This document shows, one piece after another, positions 1 to 11,506 of a stretch of 64,000 bases of DNA. Origin of the DNA: Ptychomitrium polyphyllum. Taxonomy: Eukaryota. Both the position numbers and the translations under genes were made by a program. Each line of letters begins with the position of its first letter. The stretch's first letter is position 1. The stretch is from positions 20,584,001-20,648,000 of the forward strand of contig OZ316775.1 of assembly GCA_973851085.1 (NCBI GenBank), written 5' to 3'. Below the pieces are notes generated by a model. The model worked only from the letters and a program-made list of their open reading frames with translations. It searched no databases and was not told where the DNA came from.

Positions 1-2079
1 TCAGTAGGATGACTGCAGCTCGATTGAGCTAAACTACACTGTACAGCCAATGTAAACAGAACTGATTTGCACTTCTTATGACCTTGTAAGTTTCCTTTTA
101 AATCTGCAGTTGAGAATAAGGGTTGCCTTGTCATGGTGTGTTTTTCAATCTTGTCATCCTGCAGTGTGTAGCTGACAGTCTCTTAGCGATTGATTAGCAG
201 ATAGGCAGAGTTTCAAAACAATTCCCATATTCGTCTGTAAGTAGCTCCGGAAATGTACTCGAAAGTTGCGAATGGTAGATCTGTGTTGAATATGCTTCAC
301 ACTGGTGTAGATATTGTGATTCTGTATTGATCCTCGGCAGCCAGCTCATTCACAGCCGTGCCCATTTTGTTTCTGGAAATCTTGTGCTCTTCCGAACCCA
401 ACTGATCCCCGGAGTCACCGATGAGCCTAGGAACCAAGAGTAATTAGCCAGCTGCCAAACAAGCTTCAAGAAATGCATGTGTCTTGAAGCTCTGCAGTCT
501 GGAGCTCTGCAGTCTGGCGCCAGCCGCTGCTGCATCTCCTGAGGCTGTGCGCATTATAAAGGGTGGGTTCTAGAGACTTTCCTATAGAAAGCAAAATTTG
601 AGGAATGTTTGTCAGATGAAAACTGTTCTTAATCATGTTTAGAACATGCAGTGTTCATATTATTCATATAATGAATGTGATGTTTTGTGATAAGACACAC
701 TCATAGAATATGAGAAAACGACATAACTAATACATGGCTAATGCATGTACTTTAATGCGGGTCAAGCAAAATGACTGACCAAACTTAAAGATGGTCTTGA
801 GCTTTAATTGAACTTTATTAAATAACATGAAATCATTTTTTTGAATGTGGAGTTATATTTAAAGAAGCATGTATATTTAAGAACATTTTATACTTTTGAA
901 GATCTACTATATAACAAAAGAATATCTTAAATGTTTATTGTCTAGAATTAGAAATATGTATTTAACGGGTTATCTATTGTAAACCTCTACAATATCAATG
1001 TTCAATAAAATTCCAACTTAGAATATGCCTCTATGCCTTTATGGGCATAAGTTGGGAATAATATAACATTCTTCAATAACGCCTCTGAATAATCATAGAC
1101 AAATGAATAATTCCAACATTCAAAACTACACTTTCTTCCCTCAAATTATTCCTCAAATCATTGAGGAAACCTATACACTGGGTCACCAAGCTAGAGTTAT
1201 GCCTTCCTGCGTTCACTACAACACGCACACAACCATTTATTATAAAAGTCCCTCTTTTAAAACCAAGAGTGAGCTGGTTCAGTTTCTTAAGAACATCGGC
1301 ATGACTCATCATAAGCTCTTCTTCCCACAAAACAGAACCTACTGAATAACGTACCTCTGTAAAACCCCCACAACAACACTCATGCGCTCTATGTAAAATC
1401 CTACACTGGGTTCTACACAAGATTGTACACTGGTAGGTCTCGTGACCCATTTACCATGCATGGTCAACTCTTACCACTACCCAAGTATCACCGAGGTACC
1501 ATAAACCAGAAACGGTAGCAGTGCTACAACAAGGTACCACCCACAAAGGGAAACTAGTATTCCAGATATGGAATGCTTCGAATGTTCAGTTCCCAAGTTC
1601 CAGCGGAAACAGCCATCACAGCGTCCGGTGTGGGACCATGGCAGTGAGGTCACACGCACTCACGTGGAGGCGATGCCAGGGGAACACGGCGGAGTGCAGA
1701 AGAACGAGCGGCTCCCACGCAGGAGAACAAACAGTGGCAGCGGCAGTGGCCGTGGCAGTGGCAGAGTGAGGAGGGGGCAGTAGCAGTGACTGCGCTCGCA
1801 GGGGCGTTGCTGGAGCTCGGCACTGCCATGTATACGTTGACATGGACGCTCCGTGACGTGCCCTGCGGCCCAAGTGTTGATGCAGGCGCTCACATGCACC
1901 TGCAGCACCAACTGATTCCCCCACTGGCACCTTGGAAACTTCTCTTGCGCCCGCAGCCGCCTGCTTCCAGAAAACTCTCATCTTGGCCCCGGAGTAGTGC
2001 TAGTTCTGCTGAAGGACAGGCAGACGGATTGTGGAGCGGTAGTTGTGTGAGTGGAGAGAGTGACAGAGGTGAGTTTACA

Positions 2080-5000
2080 ATGTCGGAGTCTCGTCGCGGA
2101 GTGGAGCGGAGGGGTTCCCTGGGGCGTCGATTCTCCAGGAAGTTCAACAACTGGCGGGATGGGGTGGCTGAGGTGGAGGCGAAGGTGGGGGATGTTGTTG
2201 AGGATGTGGGCGGGAGTGGGCCGAGCGAGTTGACTTACGGGGCATCGAAGCCCGAGCATCTGGTCGTGCTTGTGAATGGGATATGGGGAAGGTGAGAGCT
2301 AGATTGTCAGCGAGACTTGTGGGGCGTCATTTTGGATGATCGGATGGGTTGCTGTGTGCTCTGCTAGTGGGAGCAGTTGTTGTTGTTGTTGTTGTTGTTG
2401 TTTAGTTGGAGGTGGAATCGGCGGTAGGGCGGGGGTATTTCGGGTTAGAAGAGAACTAGCACAGGATCGTTTTCACATACTCTTTGACCTGGACTGGTAT
2501 GTTGAGTGTCTTGATCTGACGGTTTAAAGGCTGTTGTCAAATTTCGCGAAGGCGTACAATTATGCCCAAATTGTTCTCCAAGTATTGCCCTAGGTCTTTT
2601 GGATGCTCTTGTGGTATCATGCATAGGACTAAGTGATCTGGTAATTGGTTCTTCTGAGTTTGTGCAGTGCAAACAATTGGAAATTTGCTGCTGGGCAGTT
2701 TAAGGAGAGGCTTGGGGACAAAGTGGTTGTGCACTGTTCGTAATTTTTCCCAAAGCTCGTTCTTTATGTGTCTTGTGTGCAAATTGAACTGCTGGCAAGA
2801 GATGTTGGTTTTGGTTTCTTTCTTTTAACCTAGAGAGAACTGTATATCTCGTGTGAATTAAGTACTCGAGAGTTTAAACGAAATTCTGATTTAGGTCTTG
2901 GTTTTGAAATTTTTAGGTAGTGCTAAAAATTCCGGCTTGAAGACCCACGCTGGCGTTGATATCATGGGAACTCGTCTCGCTAAAGAGGTGGGACTTCAAT
3001 TTCATGTTCCTTTGTAAGCCTGAGCAGAGCAGAAGAAGATTTTGTGGCAGGGTCCTCTTATTATTGCAGGTCCTTTTTCAGGTAGCAGTTGAATCAGTAT
3101 ACTGCTTGAAATGTGAGAAACAGTTCTGAAAGAACAGATGTTTCATGTCCTGATCTCTGCTCTTGCAAATTTTAGGTCATGGAAGTAATTGTGAAAAATC
3201 CTGGTGTGTCCAAAATATCTTTTGTGGGCCACTCGCTTGGGGGCTTGATTTCACGGTATGCAATTGGCTTGTTGTATGCTCCTACAGGTATTCAATCTCA
3301 TGCTTTACTTCGTCTGGGTAGTCATAAGGATCTTGCGGTTTTTCTTCGCTAGAATGTAGTCAACCTAGTTGCTGTGAAGAGTTACAACTCTCCCATTTCT
3401 AATGTAGGTGTTAGGTACATACAATTCTCATCGCTAACGAAGAAGTGTGAGTATTAGGTCTGATGCTTTTAGAGTGCGTTCAGTTGTGGGCATGTGGATA
3501 TTCCGTTGATAGTAGAGTCGGGTTGATTCAGACCGATGCTTTTGCAGGTGGACGCACTCTCCTACAAGAGAAGTCAGGAGTCTACTCTATTGAAAACGAA
3601 GTCGGAGGGAGCGGAAAAGATCACATTGAATTTCCTGTTATCAATTACGAACGGCCTACCATTGCTGGGCTAGAACCGGTCAATTTTATTACGCTCGCTA
3701 CACCTCATCTAGGGTCCAGAGGAAATAATCACGTGAGTACGATTTTTGAGGACTCGTTTTTCTATATAGAAGTATTGGCATCTACAGTAGCGAGTTAAAT
3801 GGAATTCTTTTGAACAGGTTTGGATGCAAACGTCAACCTCATAGCTGTTAAGTAAGAGTAATGAAACGAAAACATTTGAGTAAGATGTGCTCTTATTCTG
3901 CAGTTACCCTTTCTGTTTGGAAGGACTGCGCTTGAGTGGGCAGCTCCTCTCGTCTCACCGCTTATCATTGGACCAACTGGAAGGCACTTATTCCTGGCTG
4001 ACGGCAATAAAGACCCAAATGGTCAACCCCTTCTGAAGCGCATGGTCACAGATTGTGACGAAGGCTATTTTTTGTGAGCATCTCTTTCTTTAGCTGTGCT
4101 TTCCTCTTTCAACTTCAAATTTGTCTCTTAAAATTAACTCTTGGAACTATACAATGCAATATTTTCTCCTGAGTGGGAAACTGTATTGCTACTGGTACAA
4201 ATGATGATGAGATAAGGTATCGAGCTTTCACAGAACTTGGTTTACCGTATAAAGTTGCATGTTTTGAGATCATTCAACTGAATTTCGGATGTTTGTCTGT
4301 GATCGTGCAGTTCAGCTTTGCAATGCTTTGAACGACGAATAGCATATGCAAATGTTGGCCACGACCGTATCCATTTCCTAGATAGCCAATTGAAGAGATG
4401 GCCTCTATGTTTCTTGTGGAAGCATCCGAAGTGGTTGTTATGATCTGATTTCTGTCAATTTGTGATCTTTGTCTTGTAGACTTAGGGGTCGTCTTGTTGC
4501 GTACCAAGCGTTTAGCATTAGCGATTAGCTAGAAGCAATCATGTCACGATCTATGCTAGCAAGAGTGACCAGGTTTCTTATGATCAACCACGACTTTTTG
4601 GAATATAGACGGCCTTAACTATGTCAAAGGCATGGTTGGCTGGCGTACAGCATCAATCCGAAAAGCAAAAGAAAAACTGCCGCAGGTAAGAAGTGTGTGT
4701 TACCAAGTCACTCTTACGTTTATTGAGAATGCATATTTCGGTTACTCATTGAGCTTGAGTACAAATGCAGTTAGAAATCTAACTACGGAGTCTAACTTTC
4801 ATCAGGTAGATCGCATTAGATGATTTATTCTGCAAAGTTGATGGCATATTCATTTTACGACCTTCCAAATGTGTGTGCAACAGTGCACTTTTCTCTGCAG
4901 AAGATACGTTCTGAAATTTGTGTGGAAGGTGACAAGATCTTGGAACGTTTCAGTGTTTGATGCAGTCATTTCTAGCTGTTTGACAGCGGTCTCTCTTCGA

Positions 5001-6095
5001 AACCTCATATTTGTTCGAATTAATGTGCTTGTTTTAATCGAAATAACCTCCACAGGAAGGTCCGAAGGACAAATACATTGATCCGAATTACAGGTATATT
5101 GTCCGTGTGGAAGAAGTACCTCTGGCGAACAAGGATGGTAGTGAACCCAAAGATGCACCTGCTTTAGACGATATTGAAGGTGAGCTCTCCCTAACCTACA
5201 GAAGCTGTAAGGTAGAGATCTTCTTCCTGTTTAGCCTTTTCATAAACTTGAAAAGTATGAGTACTCCTTCCAATTTTAGGCCCAACTTAAAGAGCTCGTA
5301 AGTTTAGCTCAATCCATGAATTTATAACGAATTGTTGATGATGAAACTTATTGGGGCGTATAAGCAAGAACTGAGTATTAGAATATCCGACTTTCGTAGA
5401 GTGGAGTCAAAACTTTGCTTTTATAACGGTGGTGTAAAGTAGTTGAGCTTTCCAATGCTCATTCGTGGCCCACGCGGTTCCTTGTAAGTTACTTCTATGT
5501 CAGAGATAGGTAACTCAATGTTTGATAATCGTTTGATCTTGGTTATTGAATCCCTACCTTAGTCGATAGAATGTCACAACCAAGCATTCTATGTTTGATA
5601 AGAGAATCAGCAGATTTTGTTCAATATTAATTGCAATTCGTGATTTGACAGAGGTAATGGTAGCTGGTCTTCAAAAAGCCCCGTGGTTGAGAGTTGATGT
5701 TGATTTCTCAGAAACTGATTCTGTATATGAGGCTCACAACTTGATTCAGGTATGAACCTCACTGGAATTCCTCGATTGGTGAATATTTTGAGCATAGAGT
5801 TTGAAGTCGACGAGTACTTACTGCCTTACTGTAGAGAAGTATGTTAAGGCATCAGAAAGGTCGATTAATGGATTTTCTGATCTACAAAGTTTATTAAAGG
5901 TAGAGTAGTGCTTGATTCTTTGTTGAGCAATACAACTGTTGCGCTCAGCATCACTTGCAATACCTTTTCTCGTTAACAAGCCATTACATTTCATGTTTAG
6001 AAGTGGCTCTTTCTTTGCAGGTGAAATATGAGTCTTTGCATAGTGAAGGAAGATACGTCTTTCACCATCTGATAGATAATTATTTTTCCAAATAA
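2080..6095 (+). CDS. DUF676-family putative serine esterase/lipase (alpha/beta hydrolase), 11 exons, 408 aa
   Basis: Exons 2080-2291, 2668-2735, 2917-2987, 3176-3287, 3548-3732, 3904-4073, 4311-4366, 4630-4685, 5056-5179, 5652-5749, 6021-6095 have GT..AG ends and join into one 1227-nt frame. Motifs: HLVVLVNGIWGS, ISFVGHSLGG (GxSxG nucleophile elbow), NFITLATPHLGSRG, RRIAYAN..D.MVGWRTASIR, EAHNLIQVK. Confidence 0.9.
2376..2401. repeat. (GTT)n microsatellite in intron 1 of the DUF676 gene
   Basis: Run of gttgttgtt... read directly. Confidence 0.9.
4367..4629 (+). other. Probable U12-type (minor spliceosome) GT-AG intron
   Basis: 5' end GTATCCATTT; CCTTAAC at 4613-4619, 10 nt before the 3' end; no polypyrimidine tract; removal restores ..GHD-R-MVGWRT.. 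Confidence 0.75.
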
Positions 6096-6542
6096 TTGTT
6101 ACCAAAATTGTCAAAATAACCACTCAGCTATTGGTGCGTTTTGTGCCCTGTAAAACTATGTTAGTTGCAGTAAGCATAACATCCAATAGCATTCTTACCA
6201 TATTAATATGGTCTTATTTTTTTTGTGCAACTTTTTGAATATGTAATTTGTAGAATAATTGGGTTTGAACTAAGAACCATATTATTTTCTTCATATACAT
6301 TTAGAATTATTTGTAAACCTTTTGTCAACCTTTTATCAACTAAAACCATCGTTTCATTTTCTTCTTATCATGTATATTTATAATTGGATATATACTTCAA
6401 TGTTATGAATTTTCATCCACTTGTTTTAATATATGAATCTTGGATCTTTCATCTTTTTTTTCCATCAAAGAAGCAAAGATTACATATCTTGAAGTTACAT
6501 TCTTTAGCAATGTAAGGCCATATAATCTTATCAAATGGAATA

Positions 6543-6604
6543 TGATAGTGTGTTGGATATTTTAAATATTAAATGATAGTGTGTTGGATATTTTAAATAT
6601 TAAA
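6543..6604. repeat. 31-bp tandem duplication
   Basis: tgatagtgtgttggatattttaaatattaaa twice. Confidence 0.85.
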
Positions 6605-9600
6605 TATATAATTGACTTAGTATCATTTTCAGTCTTTATTTTCATAATATTTTAGTTTAACACTTTTAAATTTAAAAAAGTTATGCATCTTAATTCTTGC
6701 CTTTATATATAAAATATAACTTTTATTCTTTCTTTTCTTCAAAGTTCCTATGTATTTATTAATTAAATTAGATTTTTTGTTTCAAATTGATTCAATCAAA
6801 CACAAAAATATTATTATAAGGTTTATATATAATTAAGTGAAATTGCCAATTTTAATATTAATAATAAAAATATATATAGATGAAAAAAAGTTATGGTATA
6901 AAAACATATGGTAACAATATAATTTTGAATTGTGTTGTTAAACTAATATTTATTTAAAAGCAAATACAAATCCATAATATAAGGATAACAATGGTTTTTT
7001 AAGTTTATATATATTGTACAAAGATATGTTTTTTAAAAGATTATCTTAATCAATTTCCTTCAAAATTTAGAATATTCTTCAACCATAAAAAACATAAAGT
7101 TCTAATTTCAAATGTTTAATAACTTTATAAACTTAAATAAACTAAATTTAAATTTTACAATTTAAACTTGGTATATGACATTTCATATTGATTTCTAATT
7201 CATCATTATAGACAGAAGATCAATATTTAGCAAGATAAGGTGTCTTATATAGAAGCATATAATAATTATTTTGGATTGTTTAATAATGTTTTAAATATTA
7301 GAAGGAAATTAATGTGATTTTTCTATAAAAAAAAATGTGATTTTTCTATAAAATAAAATGTGATTTAAACATAAGAATCTCAATAGCCTTTTCTAATGTG
7401 AAATTATAGTTGCTACATAAAGATTCCACTTGCAAAATTCTAAAGTCAATATATACTTGCAATATTCAATTAACCAATTTGAAATCATTTAGAAATTCAC
7501 ACAAAACAATTAAAACCATTTGAATGCTTTTGCAATATCCATTAGTAATAGCATGAATTGTTTCAATTCTTATAAAATGTTATAAAAATACTACTTCAAA
7601 TGTATGTCTTTTTTGTAATAATGTTTTTATCTTTATAATATTATTATAAATTTAGAGGAATGAAGAAGGTTGTAAATTCCAAATTATTTAGTTTAAATGA
7701 AATGTATTTTATTGCTATCTACTAGCCTAATATCTTGAGGTTATAAAGTAAAAATAAAAAGGTACTTCTTCTTAGACAAGGATAGACCTTCAATACTAGA
7801 TATTAGAATGATATAATATGGTATTTTAAACTGTATGGTTAATCAAAATGAATATACAAATTTAAATTTACTTTACACCATTACTAAAATAAACAAATGA
7901 ATAATGTTGAAGATTTTTTGGCTTTTCTTTTTACTAAAGGCTTATCTGAAGGAGTATTTCAACTTCAAAAAATAGTTTTATTTTTTTTTTTATATTATAT
8001 AAAATGATGAAGAAATATGAGATCATCAAACTTGTTATTTTCAATTCAATGAATAATATCAAAGCAACCAATGGACATTGCATGGCATGAGTTCAAACAT
8101 ATATGATTCAAAGAATCTTGAGGCAAAATAAATCTTAAAAGTTGCCAAAATAAAATTTCAAATTTATTTCAAGAATAAAACACTAGAATTAGATTAACCA
8201 TTCAAAAGGTAGCTTAAATCAATTGGAAGAAGAAGTAAAAAGAAATTTCAAAAAAGGCTTTGTTATTAACGTGCAAGAATTATCTTTTCAGTCTTTCAAA
8301 AAAAAGAGTTTTATAAGAATTATTTCTCAATACCATTCAAAGAGGTATGTTTTGCAAATCACACTTCAATGTTCTTTTTTGCTTATAAAATAAAATAAAA
8401 CAACGTTTTGAAGCACGTTTTGATAAGTCAATATAGAGCCTAAAAATGTTATTTATCTAAAACTAGCCAATCTCTTCGAATATAACCTTTAGTTTGCTCC
8501 CTAGTATCCAAAGCTTTATCAACCACTCTCCAAACCAAGTGTGGTGTCAACCACTCCATGTTAAAGAGAGTTGGAAACTACAATTTATAAGAACACACTC
8601 TAAAAATACAAGGTGATTGAGTCCTACTTACCATATAATTCTACTATAACAGAATTTTCTTTCTTTCTTTTGACGCACTTTTTATTACTTTTTTGACGCA
8701 GTACCACTCAAACAACTGTCAAGCATAGCTGAAGCTTTTGCTGCATCAGAGAGCAACACAGAGGAGTTTTTTGCTGGGAAGTCATTTCTAACAGGGTTGG
8801 CACTTTGAAGTGGATTACAAACTTCTGATTCTGTGTCCGCGCTCGATTTAGTTCTACCTCAAATCAATCCAGTTTTCAGGTAGATCATGCCGAGTGTTAC
8901 CGCAATACGTAACCGTGATTCCGTAATACGGTCCGTAGACCTCAGCCTCAGAACTCATGATATGTTCACATGCCCACATTTAGATCCATGTCTCTTCGTC
9001 CCAAACATTTATTAAAAGACATCTGACTCCAATGAGGACCTCCGAATTTACTTGCTTCTACATTCGAACATCTGAGCTCATGTTCAAGATTCAACATTTA
9101 GATTACTATGTTGCCAACTTTCTTGAGGTCATGATTTTCAAGATGGTCTAGTTGTGGATCCCCTGCAACTTGTTGCACCATTGCTTTACTTAGCGAATCA
9201 TGAGGCGCATCCACCAGCAATCTCCGCCGGTTGATGTGCACCTCCACCCTCAAAAATCGGAATAAGATAAAAAGGAGTTCCTAAATATACCTTCAGATGC
9301 TTCCCGTCACTCTTACCTCCAAAATGAATGCTCACACATACGCTCTCATGGACACGGTCCTACAACCTCGCATCTCGAGCAACCTCACAAAACTTCGACT
9401 CAACTCAGCCAGACTACCGAACGCGAAGCTGACGAACGACCCGGCAGGCGTCGCTGCGGAGCTTGGCTGGGTTGCTCCTCGTCCGTGGTACTACAACATC
9501 GGTTCGTGTTCTCTAGATCGCAGGGTCGTTGTGAGCAGAACTAGATTTAAGAGCTGCAGGGACTACGTTGTGGAGAGTCACTGGTGACAAGCGATTGTGA

Positions 9601-9619
9601 GTAGTCAGTTTTGGTGGAG

Positions 9620-11506
9620 ATGGTGAAGTGTTGTTTGATTTGTGTGGCGGTCGTTGCGGTGGTGATTATAGGACTGGCGATAGGCATACCACTGGGTATT
9701 CAGAAGGCGAAGGATAAAGTGAAGGAGTGGGACAACTCGGCCCTCGAGAATGCGTGCAAAACGACCTCGTACCCGGACACTTGCAACGCGACGTTCGCTG
9801 GGGAGCACCCGCGGGATACGAACGGGATGACGCGGTTCTCAGTCCAGAAATCCGAGACGGGAGTGAATACTACGCTGGCGAACGTGAACAGGTTGAATGC
9901 CTCGGACCCCATTATTGCATCAGGGCAGGAGGTTTGTATGGAAACACTGCAAAGCGCTGCGGAGGATCTTAACCGTGCGGGTGCGGCCCTGACGACGACG
10001 GACACCGTGAATGGAGACACGCTTGAGGATGTGAAGGCGTGGGTAAGCGCGGCCATGGAGATGCATACCACTTGCATCGACGCATTCCGCGAGCTCGACG
10101 GGGCGACGGCGATGACGCTTGAGCAGAAATCTGCCCAAACTGACCAGCTCATGAGCAACACTCTTGCGTTCATCAATGCCTTGGCGGAGTTCGGAAACAA
10201 CATCCTCGCGTGGCGTCCTTCGGGATTTAGCCTGCCGGATGGGTTCAACCTCAACAACTTGCCGAAAGTGACGTTGCCCAACCTCCCTGGTTTCGGATTC
10301 GGAAACCGGAGGCTCCTCTCCAGTGATGAACAGAATGATGAGGAGTTTCCTGGGTGGATAGACGTGGAGACGCGGCGGCATCTTCTGCAGGCGCCGGTGA
10401 GCTACGATGTCGTGGTGGCTAGTGATGGTTCTGGTAACTTCAGGACCATTCAAGAGGCGGTGAATAGATACAAGGTTAACACGAAGCCCGTGGTGATCTA
10501 TATCAAGGCTGGTGTTTACAATGAGCAAGTGATTGTACCGAAGAAGGCGAAGTATTTGACTTTCGTTGGCGATGGCGATCGCACTGTCATTACGGGTAAC
10601 CGGAACGTGGCACTGATGAAGGGGATGACAACTTTCAAGTCGGGTACCCTAAGTAAGTTCAAGGACCTTGCTTTTACGGACATCCAATTCCTCTGCAACC
10701 AAATGCGGTACAAGCAATCAGTAGAATACACAATGCCGCTGGATTTTGCTCATCTGACGACGATGTTACGGTTCTCTGACAATGTCTTGCTGGTTACTGC
10801 AGTTGTCTCCGGGGAATATTTCATCTGCAAGTCACTCAAAATAGAGAACACTGCTGGCGCTAATGGTCACCAGGCCGTCGCGTTCCGTGGCTCGGCAGAT
10901 TTCATTGTAATGTATAAGGTCACGTTCGACAGCTACCAAGACACGCTCTATTGCCACTCGGGCCGCCACTACTACCGCGAGTGCACGGTCCTTGGCACCG
11001 TGGACTTCATCTTCGGCAACGGCGCGGCGTCCTTCCAGAGCTGCAATATCATCGCCAAGAAGAGCATCATTCCGGGCCAACAGAACACGTACACCGCGCA
11101 GGGCAGGACCGACCCACATCAACGAACAGGACTGTCGTTCCAGAATTGCAAGTTCGATGGAACAGCGGAGCTCAAGACCAGCATCGCGCAGTACCAGTCC
11201 TACTTGGGCCGGCCATGGAAGGCGTACTCCGTGTGCGTAATTATGAAGTCGGAAATCTTTGACCACATCGAACCGCAGGGTTGGTTGCCCTGGAACACAT
11301 CCGACTTCGGACTGTACACTTCCTACTTCACTGAGTTCCAGAGCTACCAACCAGGTAAGACGAAGCTCTTGGACGTTAGCAAGAGAACCAAGTGGTCGCA
11401 CCAGATTACCGATGCGAAGAAAGCCAGCTACTATCATGCCAACAGCTTCAGTACTTGCAAGAACTGGGTGCCGGACACTGGCATTCCGCTCACTAGTGAG
11501 TTGTGA
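9620..11506 (+). CDS. PME: Pectin methylesterase with N-terminal PMEI-like pro-domain (CE8), 2 exons, 578 aa
   Basis: Exons 9620-10652 and 10803-11506. N-terminal hydrophobic anchor, PMEI Cys pairs (ACKTTSYPDTC; EVC...TTC), RRLL processing motif, catalytic motifs GHQAVAFR, YQDTLY, GTVDFIFG, YLGRPWK. Confidence 0.95.
   Translation: MVKCCLICVAVVAVVIIGLAIGIPLGIQKAKDKVKEWDNSALENACKTTSYPDTCNATFAGEHPRDTNGMTRFSVQKSETGVNTTLANVNRLNASDPIIASGQEVCMETLQSAAEDLNRAGAALTTTDTVNGDTLEDVKAWVSAAMEMHTTCIDAFRELDGATAMTLEQKSAQTDQLMSNTLAFINALAEFGNNILAWRPSGFSLPDGFNLNNLPKVTLPNLPGFGFGNRRLLSSDEQNDEEFPGWIDVETRRHLLQAPVSYDVVVASDGSGNFRTIQEAVNRYKVNTKPVVIYIKAGVYNEQVIVPKKAKYLTFVGDGDRTVITGNRNVALMKGMTTFKSGTLSKFKDLAFTDIQFLCNQMRYKQSVEYTMPLDFAHLTTMLRFSDNVLLVTAVVSGEYFICKSLKIENTAGANGHQAVAFRGSADFIVMYKVTFDSYQDTLYCHSGRHYYRECTVLGTVDFIFGNGAASFQSCNIIAKKSIIPGQQNTYTAQGRTDPHQRTGLSFQNCKFDGTAELKTSIAQYQSYLGRPWKAYSVCVIMKSEIFDHIEPQGWLPWNTSDFGLYTSYFTEFQSYQPGKTKLLDVSKRTKWSHQITDAKKASYYHANSFSTCKNWVPDTGIPLTSEL

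Noticed and set aside
1073..1450. Overlapping short ORFs on both strands
   Set aside because: No motifs or coding signal; treated as intergenic.
1786..2079. 98-codon in-frame extension upstream of the DUF676 ATG
   Set aside because: Reads as GC-rich promoter or 5' UTR with no domain signal; the ATG at 2080 has good context. An earlier start cannot be fully excluded.
9700..11437. About 200-aa antisense ORFs over the PME genes (also 19579-20172)
   Set aside because: Shadow frames of GC-rich coding sequence.
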